A stretch of 64,000 nt of DNA from Octopus sinensis (lineage: Eukaryota). Positions 50,953 through 62,797 of this stretch are shown here, piece by piece (positions within the stretch are counted from its first letter, which is position 1; each line of letters opens with the position of its first letter). Under the pieces are notes generated by a model. The model had not been told where the DNA came from. It saw nothing but the letters and a program-made list of their open reading frames with translations, and searched no databases. The stretch is taken from assembly GCF_006345805.1 (NCBI RefSeq), contig NC_043004.1, positions 101,556,001-101,620,000 on the forward strand. Reading direction: 5' to 3'. Both the position numbers and the translations under genes were made by a program.

Positions 50953-51337
50953 GGAGGCGCAATGGCCCAGTGGTTAGGGCAGCGGACTCGCGGTCATAGG
51001 ACCGCGGTTTCGATTCCCAGACCGGGCGTTGTGAGTGTTTATTGAGCGAAAACACCTAAAAGCTCAACGAGGCTCCGGCAGGGGATGGTGGTGATCCCTG
51101 CTGTACTCTTTCACCACAACTTTCTCTCACTCTTACTTCCTGTTTCTGTTGTACCTGTATTTCAAAGGGCCGGCCTTGTCACTCTCTGTGTCACGCTGAA
51201 TATCCCCGAGAACTACGTTAAGGGTGCACGTGTCTGTGGAGTGCTCAGCCACTTAAACGTTAATTTCACGAGCAGGCTGTTCCGTTGATTCGGATCAACT
51301 GGAACCCTCGTCGTCGTAACCGACGGAGTGCTTCCAT
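50953..51337 (+). mobile_element. Young tRNA-derived SINE (family C) in MED23 intron 6
   Basis: Same sequence; A-box TGGCCCAGTGG and B-box-like GTTTCGATTCC; starts 32 nt after the exon 6 donor. Confidence 0.92.
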
Positions 51338-51352
51338 ATTTAATCAATTTAA

Positions 51353-51955
51353 CTCTTTTGATGCTTAACCCGCCTGAAATTGCCCTTCGTTTTATGATAC
51401 AAATTCCTTATTTTAAAGTGTTCTAAATTAAAATCTTCTATCAAAATTTCTCGTTAATTTGTTTGAAGCACCAGCATAATAGGCGCAGGAGTGGCTGTGT
51501 GGTAAGTAGCTTGTTTACCAACCACATGGTTCCAGGTTCAGTTCCACTGCGTGGCATCTTGGGCAAGTGTCTTCTACTATACCCTCATGCCGACCAAAGC
51601 CTTGTGAGTGGATTTGGTAGATGGAAACTGAAAGAAGCCCGTCGTATATATGTATATATATATATGCGTGTGTGTGTTTGTCCCCCTAGCATTGCTTGAC
51701 AACCGATGCTGGTGTGTTTATGTCCCCGTAACTTAGCGGTTCGGCAAAAGAGACCGATAGAATAAGTACTGGGCTTACAAAAGAATAAGTCCCGGGGTCG
51801 AGTTGCTCGATTATAGGCGGTGCTCCAGCATGGCTGCAGTCAAATGACTGAAACAAGTAAAAGAGTAAAAAAGAGTATAATAATTACAGTTATTTTGATA
51901 AAGTTCTCATTATTTTCAAAATTAATTGAAGCAAACGAGGTATATTTGAACATGG
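51353..51955. mobile_element. Diverged TTAA-type MITE split by a family A SINE
   Basis: TTAA at 51349-51352 and 51956-51959; flanks rejoin across the SINE TSD. Confidence 0.55.
51482..51876 (+). mobile_element. Family A SINE nested in a TTAA-type MITE
   Basis: Full-length; TSD ataata (51476-51481 / 51877-51882). Confidence 0.88.
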
Positions 51956-53209
51956 TTAAAATTGCTCTTTCAGTTAAATTGTGTTCCAAAAGTGTCAAGG
52001 AATACAAAATGTACTCGAGAGGAGGGACTCTCATGTTATTGAAGACTTCGTGCTTGCTTTTGTTTGTGATACATTCCTTATAAAGATATTAAGATGTTAG
52101 TGACTGAAAGATGTTATCTATGAGAAAGGGAAGGTACAAAGAATGAATTAATTAAAATTGGTAGAAATGAAAATTGAAACCACGTAGCAAATATACCTCT
52201 CTAGGGACCTAATACTACTTATAGTGCAACTAGTAGTAGAAAATGAAACAGACTAAATATCTAATTCATAGCTTCACTGTTATAGTACTGTGCAGTACCA
52301 CAAAGGTCAGGTTTTGTTGTAAAATAATTGTCAGTAACAGGTGTAGACATGGGCGTGTGGTGAAAATATTTGCTTTCCAACAATGTGATTTGGGGCTCAG
52401 TCCCACTGCATGGTACCTTGAGGAAGTGACTTCTACTCCTGGGCTAACCTAAGCTCTTGAGAAGATTTGGTACTTGAAAAAGAAGCCTTTTACGGGTGTG
52501 TTTGCTTTTCTCTTTGTGTTTTTGAAGCTATGTATAATAAGGGATTCTTTCTTGTAAACTGGGCAGCAGGCTTCTTAAAAATTTATTAGCGATGAAACTG
52601 TATTAACACCAAAAGGTAATCTTTATGCCGAAATTAATATGGGTGCCTTGTTAGAACACTGTGTACTGTGCTATTAGCCTTGTGCGACTCATACAAGCAT
52701 GGAAAAGTTGATATTAAAAAGGTCGATGCTGACAATGATGTACATCAAGTGTGTATATATCAATACATCTGTGTGCTTGATCATACATGTATACATATGT
52801 ATGTATACATATATAACTCAAAATTTACTTTTAATAATTCATTAATTAGGATAAACAAGTTCATTAAAAATTGCCTCCCCCACTTCTCTCTCTCATGCAC
52901 ACACACACACACACACACATCAGCAATGACCTCTGATACTTAAGCTAGAGCATGCAGTTTTCATAATTAAATGCATATCGTTGACATAAGGTGCTTAGAG
53001 CATGCGTGTACTCTCATGTAAACAAGATTCTTTTTATTTACATTTATTCATATATCTTCGGCATCCATTCCATCCCTGGCATTCATGCAGGAAATCAGGG
53101 TGTCTTCAACCTACTAATCAGTATTTCGTTAATTTCTTCACTTATTAAGTTATGTTACGTTTTTCATATCAGTTTTATATTTTACCTCTCTCTTCTGTTG
53201 TTCATTCAG

Positions 53210-53279
53210 AAACTTGGTCAAGTCTTAGCTGAGTTCAATCAAAGCTTTCGACTTACAGCCCACATGGTTTCAATAGCTG
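53210..53279 (+). CDS. MED23: MED23 exon 7
   Basis: attcag|KLGQVLAEFNQSFRLTAHMVSIA(G)|gtaagt; 70 nt, phase 0-1. Confidence 0.92.
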
Positions 53280-53689
53280 GTAAGTAAGGGGTTTTCTATA
53301 TTTTCTCTTTTACTTATTTTCACTCCTTGAAGGGTTTAATCAAACAAATCGACCCAAGTGCTTACTTTTTAAGTCTGGTACTTATCCTGTCAGTCTCTGT
53401 TACCAAACCACTGCCATGTGGACATAAACAAACCAACACCAGTTGTCAAGCAATGGCTGGGGGACAAACACATATATGCATTCATGCATGCATATGGACA
53501 CACACACACACACACACATACGTACATACATCCAGGATGCTGAGCCTTTCAGGTGAGATGACAAAGGACTGAAATGCCTGGTGCTTTGCTGTACTCAAGA
53601 AGACCTGTACTCTGCAGCAGAAGTGTTAAGACCAGTCACCCTACTGGTGAGGATTGACCTGCAAGAGTCCTGTACTGGTGCCATGCAAA

Positions 53690-54010
53690 AGGCACTCATG
53701 GCGGTGCCATGTAAAAAGCGCATGTGGTGGTGCCATGTAAAAAGTGCTCATGGCAGTGCCACGTAAAAAGTGGTCATGGCAGTGCCATGTAAATAGCACT
53801 CATGGCAGTGCCACATAAAAACACCTGTGAAGTGCCACATTAAAGCATCCATGTGGTGCCACATACAGGCACCCAGCAGACTCTGTACAGTGGTTGGTGT
53901 TAGGAAGGTCATCCAGCCATAGAAACCATACCAAATTAGACGAGTCTTGTGCAGCTTACCAGCTCTGATCAAAACTGTCCAACCCATGCTAGGATGAACA
54001 ACAGCCATTA
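53690..54010 (+). mobile_element. Older RTE-A-related 3' end with ~26-bp tandem units (~8)
   Basis: Repeated gtgcca(t/c)gtaaaaag..catggca, then gttggtgttaggaaggtcatccagc. Confidence 0.75.
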
Positions 54011-54629
54011 AATAATAGTGATAGATTTCCACACAGTTTCTGTCTGCTAAAGTCATTCACAAAGTGTTGCACTTGTACAAAGGACTAAATCTGAAATCAT
54101 GTGGCTGCAAAATGAGCTTAACCATGCAGCCATGCCTGCTTCTATGAGCACTGTATATTTATATCAACTTTCCTCCAGCCATTGTCAGTCATTAGTATGT
54201 TGCGGTAGAATACTTTGTGGTATTTGTCCCAACTGTTTATGCTCTGACTTCAATATTGCAGAAGTCAACTTTGCCTTTCATACATTTGAGGTCAGTAAAA
54301 GAGTACCAATATAGGGGTTAGGGATTGGCAGAACTTTTAGAAAATCAGGCAAGACGTCTTGCTGTATCTGTTCCTACTCTTTGTATGACAGCACCACTGG
54401 TATCAAACTATATTGGCCCAAGTCAGTAACTTACTGTATTCAGATAAATAGTGGTGTGGAGAGGCCTCCATACATGGATAACTGCTGGGAAAATCTTGCT
54501 TGGCTCTCCTCATACATGTGCAGATGTATGGTCAATGTTGAGTGACGTGAGCTAACAAGGAAGCCTCTACATGGTTGCCTGATCTGCTAGAAAATACAAC
54601 CAAATCTTCCTCAAATCACATCTTTCTGT

Positions 54630-56140
54630 CTTCATCATCTTCATCATTTAATGTCCGTTGTCCATGCTGGAATGGGTAGGACGGTTTGACTGGGCTGACA
54701 CACTGGAAGGCTGCACCAGACTCCAGTCTGATTTGGCATGGATTTTTTTTGGGTTGGATGCCCTTCCTAATGCCAACTACTCTGAGAGTGTAATGGGTGC
54801 ATTTATGTGCTACTGGCATGGGTGCCATTTGTGTGACACTGGGGTGCATTTACATGCCACTGGTATGGGTGCCAGTTTGTGTGACTTTGGTATTTGTCAT
54901 GACTGAATTTGCTCAGCTTGATGGGTTTTCTTCTCAAGCACATAATGCCAAAGGTCCTGGTCATTGCCTCCATGAGACCCAGCACTTGAAAGGAACTCAG
55001 CTACTTTGCCTCCGTGAGGCCCAGTGCTCGAAAGGAACTCAGCCACTTTGCTTCAATGAGACCCAACACTTGAAAGGAACTCAGCCACTTTGCCTCCATG
55101 AGGCCCAACGTTGAAAAGATGTTCTTTATGTGCCACCAGCACAGGTGCACTTGGCTTGACAGGTCCTTTCAAGCACAGCAGATCACCAAAGTTCTTGGTC
55201 ACCAGTCATTGCCTATATGAGGCCGAAAGTTTGAAGATCATGCTTCACCACCTCGTCTCATGTCTTCCTGGGTCTACCTCTGCCACAGGCTCCCTCCATA
55301 GTTAGAGATTGGCACTTCTTTACACAGCTGTCCTTATCCATATGCATCACATGACCGTACCAGCACAATCGTCTGTCTTGCACACCACATCTGATTCCGC
55401 TCATGCCACATTTTTCCCTCAAGATGCTTACACTCTGTCGAAGATGCACACTGACATTGCACATCCAGTGAAGCATACTGGCTTCATTTCTTTCCAGCCA
55501 ACGCATGCCCTTGGCTGTCACAGCTCATGTTTCACTGCCATGCAGCATAGATGTTTGCACACAGGCATCAAACAATCTGCCTTTTCACTTTGAGAGAGAG
55601 GTCCTTTGTTGCCAGCAGGGGTAGGAGCTCTCTGAACTTTGCCCAGCCTAATCTTATTCTCACAGCTACGCTCTCGGAGCATCCACCTCCACTACTAACT
55701 TGTTCACCTAGATAATGGAAGCTATCTATTACCTCTAGCTTGATCCCCTAGCAGTTGATGGAATCTATTTTCTGTGCATTTTTATCGTTTATTGTACTTA
55801 TCTACCTTCCATATAGAAAAATTTAGTCTCCCCGTTAACCTCCCTCTGATGTTGCTGCACCTTTTATGTGTCCAAAGCTTACACGGGGTGCATCTGATGG
55901 GGTTCCTACCTACACTTTTTCTACAGATTGAGCAGGGTCATCTACTCGAAGGGATTTGTGATTTGTCTGCCTTCTTACCTACTATGAATTTGGTTTTTGC
56001 TAGGTTAGCTCTGAGGCCTTTTGATTCTAGACCTTACTTCCATACATGGAACTTCTCTAGTTTGGGTAGTGATTCAGCTATAAGAGGAAGGTCATCAGCA
56101 TAGAGGAGCTCCCAGGGACAGCCTGTCTTGAATCCCTCAA
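54630..56140 (-). mobile_element. RTE-A-subfamily LINE, 5'-truncated, decayed
   Basis: FKTGCPWELLYADDL...PCSICRKSVGRNPIRCTPCKLWTHKRCS...YLGEQVSSGGG...WYGHVMHM...RGRPRKT; 3' UTR with ~40-bp tandem units at 54970-55110. Confidence 0.9.
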
Positions 56141-56979
56141 AGCAAAATATTTGAAGGATTATTATTAAAAATAGTAAGGTCATTTTGATTTTTAGTTATC
56201 TCCCTTACCACTCATTAATTTTTTTTTTTTTTATTAAATCATTTATGTAGATATTTGCGATTAAAATTATTGTATTCGCCATATTAACTTATCTGTTACA
56301 TGAATTTATGTTACAGTTTATTAATTGTAATATACTATTCTATTTCCTATTCGATATCTTAAGCACCCAACTAAAGTTTACTTTATATACGGGTACATTG
56401 AGAGAATGGAAAGAATCCAAACTACGGGTTATGCATCCAATTTGCAATAGTAAAATATTTTCGTTGAGAAGCGTTGACAATTAAGGGAGATAATTTGTTC
56501 AAGGGAGATAAGCTATAAAGCGATTGGAGTTGATTTAATCAATTTTTCTCCGATGAGTAGCTTCTCTACTTGAGGGGAACTTAACTTTAAAATATCGCTG
56601 GAAGGATCAGCTTTTCATTCAGTATGATAATTAGTTCGTCTATTTCTGTGGGACCTGCTTTGTGGTGGTGGTGGTGGTTGTTTCGAAGAAGGGTTTGCCA
56701 ATATAACATCTGTGAAGGCTTTCCAGCTATAAGACCATTCCATCTTTTATATTGACACGTAGAAAACTGTCCACTAAACTGCTCTTACCAGCCATGGCTG
56801 TCGCCAACAAAGTATCAACAAGGTTCGTGGAAAGTTTATTGTAATTTGGGCTATTGACAAAAGAAAAAAATAGGGAGAAGACAAACCCTTATTTTTCTTA
56901 AGATGAAGTGTTTTAAAAAAACCAATTGGAAAAAATCCTTTTATCCTGTTTCATTGTTTTCGATTTATTTATCTTGTAG

Positions 56980-57089
56980 GGAGACAACATTTACTTCCAG
57001 TCGTTGGATATTCCACTTCAAATCATGTCTGGCGCCTTAATTCTGGCAATCTACGCTTTGCACTCAGTGGAGCATTACCTTATGATAGG
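56980..57089 (+). CDS. MED23: MED23 exon 8
   Basis: ttgtag|(G)RQHLLPVVGYSTSNHVWRLNSGNLRFALSGALPYDR|gtgagt; 110 nt, phase 1-0. Confidence 0.94.
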
Positions 57090-57095
57090 GTGAGT

Positions 57096-57497
57096 CTTTT
57101 TTTTTTTTACTTGTTTCAGTCATTTTGACTGCGGCCATGCTGGAGCACCGCCTTTAATCGAGCAACTCGACCTCGGGACTTATTCTTTGTAAGCCCAGTA
57201 CTTATTCTATCGGTCCCTTTTGCCGAACTGCTTAGTGACGGGGACATAAACACACCAGCATCGGTTGTCAAGCAATGCTAGGGGGACAAACAGACACACA
57301 AACATACACACACATACATATATATACATATATGACAGACTTCTTTCAGTTTCCTTCTACCAAATCCACTCACAAGGCATTGGTTGGCCTGGGGCTATAG
57401 CAGAAGACACTTGCCCAAGATGCCACGCAGTGGGACTGAACCCAGAACCATGTGGTTGGTAAACAAGCTACTTACCACACAGCCACTCCTGCGCCTA
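57096..57497 (-). mobile_element. Family A SINE, antisense, abutting the MED23 exon 8 donor
   Basis: Full-length copy; tail poly-T begins ~7 nt after the exon end. Confidence 0.9.
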
Positions 57498-58049
57498 TGA
57501 GTGATAACTTTTCTATTAAATATGCCTCCAATAAAACAGTTTATCCCACTGTCAATAAAGAATCAATCATTCTGTGTAGAGTGAAACCTCTTACTGTCAG
57601 TTATGCAGTGCTACTCTTGAATCACTATCACCGTCATAATCATTTATGGCATTTTTCATGCTGACATGACTTGGATGGTTCAACAGGAGCTGGTGAGCCA
57701 GAGAACCATGCCAAGACCTAATGCCTGCTTTGGCAGGCTTTCTGTAGCCCTGCCTAAACTTCCTAGGCAAGAACTTTAACTCAGGAATTTTCACTCTGCC
57801 TAAGGTTCCCTTGCAAACACAATCTCAGAAATTCAAGTTAAACTGTAGTAATCTTCCCAGTCTGAGAGACTCTGCAAGGGTGATAGGCAATGTCCCTCAG
57901 TCTTGGACTAAATTTTAAAATGAATCTGTTGTGTGTAAATAAAACAGTTTATATCATTTGTTCTTCAGTGTGAATGAAATAGATGTTCTTTGAGAAATAG
58001 ATGTTCTTTTACATTCTGTTTTGGATATAAAAAGATATAAATCGTTCAT

Positions 58050-58325
58050 TGTTTAACGTCCGTTCTCCATGCTAGCATGGGTTGGACGGTTCGACTGGGG
58101 ATCTGGGAAGCCAGAAGGCTGCACCAGGCTCCGGTCTTATCTGGCAATGTTTCTACAGCTGGATGCCCTTCCTAACGCCAACCACTCCGTGAGTGTAGTG
58201 GGTGCTTTTTACGTGCCACCTGCACTGGTGCCAGGCGAGGCTGGCATCGGCCACGGTCGGATTGGTGCATTTTACGTGCCACCTGCACGGAAGCCAGTCG
58301 AGGCGGCGTTGGCATCGGCCACGAT
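58050..58325 (-). mobile_element. RTE-A 3' end, MED23 intron 8
   Basis: gtttaacgtccgttctccatgctagc...ggatgcccttcctaacgccaacc. Confidence 0.85.
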
Positions 58326-58955
58326 TATAAAGATAAAAAAAATTAAGACAATTTTACCACAATGCCCATTACTCTGAAGATTTATAGAGTCTTTTTTATA
58401 TATTTTTTCTGGTCTCTATAAAAGAAGTAAAAGTAGAGGAAACCCCTAATGCAGGCAATACTGACTTTTCAGACATTGACGGTCTGGGACCTCTTGTAAT
58501 CCATGCTAATTTACAAGCAGGAAGTTCAAATTCCCCATGGCTGTCAGAATAGTTTGCTGGTACTTTGCACATTAGTATTAATAAACTCATTTCATTTATA
58601 CTAATATAGAGATATCTGTATTTCATTTAATTATTTAAGTAAATTTAATATTTGTTTAATTTAGAATGTATCAACCAAGCTGACTACTCCTGGTTTGTAA
58701 AAATCTGTAATTCGATATTGAACCTGTTTTAGATCTTCCCTTTACTTGTGAGCTTTATTAAAAAAAAAAAAAAATTTTCTGAGTATTTTCTGACTGTTAA
58801 CACTTAAAATATCCTTCATTGTCAGTAGGCTGGCAGTCAAGTTATCTGTGATGTGATCTATATGCTTTTAGATTGCCATATATCAAGTTTTTTTTTTTAA
58901 GCTGTTTAGTTTCTGGCATGAGAAAAAGAAAATACAAAATTCTTCTCTATTTTAG

Positions 58956-59051
58956 GACATGCTGGAACCCCAGAAAGGTCTACTCTGTTATGTTCTTGAA
59001 CAACCTTACTCTCGTGAAATGGTGTGTAATATGCTTGGTGTTACAAAACAG
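58956..59051 (+). CDS. MED23: MED23 exon 9
   Basis: ttttag|DMLEPQKGLLCYVLEQPYSREMVCNMLGVTKQ|gtgagt; hallmark YVLEQPYSRxMVCNMLG; 96 nt, phase 0-0. Confidence 0.97.
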
Positions 59052-59709
59052 GTGAGTGAAGGCCACTTCATTGTCCAAAATCACTGTTAATTACAAGATA
59101 AGGAACAATTTCGTTTTCCCACCAGAAATAACAAAATATAAATCTTGTTGAATGGACACCAGGAGCAAAATTAAGAGACAAATCTTGAAACAAAAAACAT
59201 CCTTTGTTCTTCAGCTGCAACCATCATTAACATATTGTCATTACTACAGTTACTATTACTAGCAAATCTACCCATTTTCGATGGAGGGAGGAAAGTCATA
59301 ACAGCAGTATATATATTGAGAAATTTGTAAATGGACTTGATAGATTACTGGGAGATGTCTTAGAAGTATCACATTACAGTTGGTGATACAGCATTCTGTT
59401 GGAGCTATATGACATGTGTTTCCGACTAAGTAACATGTGATGACAATTCACTCCTGAACTGAAATAGGCTCCCAGCCTATGTATCATGAATGGTTATGTG
59501 AAGAACAGCTCTTTCTAGAGGTTACACTTTCCACTTATGATGTTGTGAGCAAGAATGAGGTCACCACAACCTCTGTTTAATGAATGGGCCAACACCCAAT
59601 CCTCAGAGCTATTGCAACTTCTCAAAATGTTGTCATTTATCAGGAGACCAAACATCAGAGGTTTATAGTGCATCGTTGTTGGTCAAGAATTTGTTGATCC
59701 TATCTTCTT

Positions 59710-60580
59710 CTTGTCTATTATTTTGAATCCGGGTTTGTCCCTGTTAACGGGGTTGGCTGAATCTACCTCACTCCTTACAGCCACTGCTTTCACAACATAA
59801 CCCCATCTCGTCCAGTTTTGGGCATTCTCCCTCCCCAAGCCAACCTCCCAATATCATCCTCGCCCCTGTCCCCTCCACGTTTTCTTTGGTCGATCTCATT
59901 TTCATGGTTCATTCACCCTAAACTCAAGCACTCTCCTCAGAACAGGATCCTCATCCCTCCTCAACACATGTCCATACCACCACACTCCATTCGCCCCTGC
60001 CAGCTGTTCCACTGATTCCTCCAACCCCAGTATCCCCATCTATTCCTCAGCTCCTTTTATCCAATAGTTTCACACCACGTTGCCAGCGCCGCCTCGACTG
60101 GCTTCTGTGCCGGTGGCACATAAAAAGCACCATCCAAACGTGCCGATGCCAGCGCCGCCTTGGCTGGCTTCCGTGCCGGTGGCACATTAAGAGCACCAAC
60201 CGATCGTGGCCGATGCCGGACTCCCCTGGCACCTGTGCAGGTGGCACGTAAAAAGCACCCACTACACTCGCAGAGTGGTTGGTGTTAGGAAGGTCATCCA
60301 CCTGTAGAAACACTGCCAGATCAGACTGGAGCCTGGTGCAGCCCCTGGCTTCCCAGACCCCTGTCGAACCGTCCAACCCGTGCTCGTGCGGAAAACGGAT
60401 GTTAAACGATGATGATGATGATGACATTGCTCTAACCATTGCTCTCTTGGTCCTTCTCAAAATTGCCATTTCACTTTCCCTCAGACACCATGCCTCACTC
60501 CCATACAGCATTGCAGATCTCACGCAACTCCAATAAACCCTTCCTTTCATCTTCAAGGAGAACCTTTTCCCATATAATAA
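59710..60580 (-). mobile_element. RTE-C LINE 3' fragment interrupted by an RTE-A 3' end
   Basis: GRVYWSCVRSAMLYGSEAWCL...VRAM|CGVKLLDKRS...WYGHVLRRDEDPVLRRVL. Confidence 0.85.
60079..60423 (+). mobile_element. RTE-A 3' end inserted into RTE-C
   Basis: Flanks cacaccac|acattgc rejoin exactly to the RAMCGV codons with no TSD. Confidence 0.88.
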
Positions 60581-60635
60581 TGCATTCTTTTATCATGCTT
60601 ACATTCAGCCTCTTGTTTCATTTATTTCATGCCAG

Positions 60636-60839
60636 GTCAAACAAAGATGTGAAGCACTAGAAGAGCAACTCGTAGATCTAGTTGTCATTGCCATGGAACG
60701 GTCAGAGAAGGAGGATGCTGATAAAGATGAAAGTGAATTTGGTCAGTTACTCTGGCAGCATCTTGGTAGCCAACTGATATTCTTTGTACTGTTCCAGTTT
60801 GTCAGCTTCCCACACATGGTCATGTCTCTATATGAAAAG
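60636..60839 (+). CDS. MED23: MED23 exon 10
   Basis: tgccag|VKQRCEALEEQLVDLVVIAMERSEKEDADKDESEFGQLLWQHLGSQLIFFVLFQFVSFPHMVMSLYEK|gtttgt; 204 nt. Confidence 0.97.
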
Positions 60840-61025
60840 GTTTGTTTGCACCAGATATCTTGTTGCTGTTGTTGTTGTGTTGGATATTGTTGCTGTTGTA
60901 GTTGTTGTCATCTTTCTTCTTTCAAACAGTTCTAATTTACCAGTAACTCATTTAGAGTCAAGTTTAATGGAATAAAAGCATAACTCCCTGAGTATGGACA
61001 TTTATTCATATTGTATGATATAAGT

Positions 61026-61171
61026 ATTGGCGTTAGGAAGGGCATCCAGCCGTAGAAACACTGCCAGATCAGACTGGGCCTGGTGCAGCTTTCTGGCTTC
61101 CCAGACCCCAGTTGAACCGTCCAACCCATGCTAGCATGGAAAGCGGACGTTAAATGATGATGATGATGATG
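61026..61171 (+). mobile_element. Short RTE-A 3' end
   Basis: ttggcgttaggaagggcatccagc...gttaaa(tga)n; similar short copies at ~21587, ~28125, ~30375 and ~44135. Confidence 0.85.
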
Positions 61172-61769
61172 AAGTATCTATGTTGCATTGGGCACATTAT
61201 AGTAATCTGGACATACTGTATGGTGTAAGCCTGGTTACATTATATTGGGTACTGTAGTGTAATCGAGGTATACTGTATGGTATTACAGTTTGGTAATACT
61301 GTATTGGGTCCAGTATAGTAGGTATTACAGTTTGGTAATTTTGTATAGGGTCCAGTATAGTAATCTGGACATACTCTATTGGTGTAACAGTCCAGTAGTA
61401 TTGTATTGAGTACAGTGTACCATATTTTCAGGTATACAATTCAAACATCATCACTATCTTTCCAAATCCTGATGATATTTCACATGGCTTTTTGGTTTCC
61501 CAAAGTTGTCTTGGTGTATTAGTCAACCTTGCTGTAAATTTTGGCTGTTAATTTCAACAGGAAAAATCCAACTTATATGCCAGAAAATATGGTAATAACC
61601 TGGACATAGTGTAGTGTAGCAGTCTTGTAATATTGTATTTGTAGCCACCACCACCACCATCATCATCATCATCACCACCACCACCACCACCATTATTGTT
61701 AGTTTATGTTTGCAGTATGTTTGCATACTGTGCTTAGTTCAGTTAGAAAATGCACCAATTATAATAATA

Positions 61770-62250
61770 TAATAATAATAATAAAAAACATTGTGTACAG
61801 TGCTCAGGTGCACTACAACTCATCTAAAGTGTATGTATAATCAGGTGTAGTTTCGGCGGATTTCGGAAAGCATGAGGGCCTTAAAGGATGCAGTGTCTTG
61901 GCAGTCAACAACTGACGCAGGCAGTTTGTTCCATGCTTCAGCAACTCTGAGTGTGAAAAAAATGTTTCCGAAAGTCATGGTAGCTGTGTTGTTTTCTGAC
62001 TTTGTAGGCATGTCCACGTGTGTTGGACACATGGAGATCAAAAAGGTGTTCAGTGTTGTTGTTGGTGAGGTGGTTGATAACTTTGTGGGTGTTTACCAAG
62101 TCCATCGCCAGACGCCGGAGCTTCAGTGAATCCATGCCCAGGGAGACAAGGCGCTCAGAGTATGGTAGGTGTCTGATGGAGGGTATGCGTTTGGTTGCAC
62201 GTCTCTGAACAGATTCCAGGAGGTCAATTAATGGGGTCATCTGCATTTGT
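61770..62250 (-). mobile_element. CR1/L2-type LINE 3' end
   Basis: LLESVQRRATKRIP..LPYSERL..L.SLKLRRL..NTRGH..K..FF/TLRVAEAWNKLPASVV (frameshift); (TTA)n tail at ~61770-61790. Confidence 0.9.
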
Positions 62251-62350
62251 AATTGTGTATTTAATTGTATTACTTAAGAGGGTTCTTATCCTTTGCCTTC
62301 ATATTCTCAAGCATGTACTTATATATATGAATGCATTTATTTCTTTTTAG

Positions 62351-62437
62351 CTAAAGGACCGAAATCTAAAACAAGGCCGAGACCACTTGATGTGGATATT
62401 ACTCCAGTTTATCTCAGGAAGTGTCCAGAAGAATCCA
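62351..62437 (+). CDS. MED23: MED23 exon 11 (gene continues past the window)
   Basis: ttttag|LKDRNLKQGRDHLMWILLQFISGSVQKNP|gtatgt; hallmark GRDHLMWxLLQFISGS; 87 nt. Confidence 0.96.
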
Positions 62438-62569
62438 GTATGTAAAATTTGGTCCTCTTTATTTCTCTTACTTTCTACCATGATTATCGTCACCAACAAC
62501 ACTATTATTACTACCACAAGCACCATTATCATCACCCCTCCCCCATACTCCTCATCATCAATATCTGTT

Positions 62570-62797
62570 TCTTTACTACCCACAAGGGGCTAAACACAGA
62601 GAGGACAAACAAGGACAGACAAACGGATTAAGTCGATTATATCAACCCCAGTTCGTAACTGGTACTTAATTTATCGACCCCGAAAGGATGAAAGGCAAAG
62701 TCGACCTCGGCGGAATTTGAACTCAGAACGCAGCGGCGGACGAAATACCGCAAAGCATCTCGCCCGGCGTGCTAACAATTCTGCCAGCTCACCGCCT
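62570..62797 (-). mobile_element. SINE family B
   Basis: Near-consensus copy; further partial copies at ~4925-5100 and ~43815-43937 (minus). Confidence 0.88.

Noticed and set aside
50953-51025. tRNA gene
   Set aside because: tRNA-like head lacks a proper cloverleaf and continues into SINE body; same for the other SINE heads.
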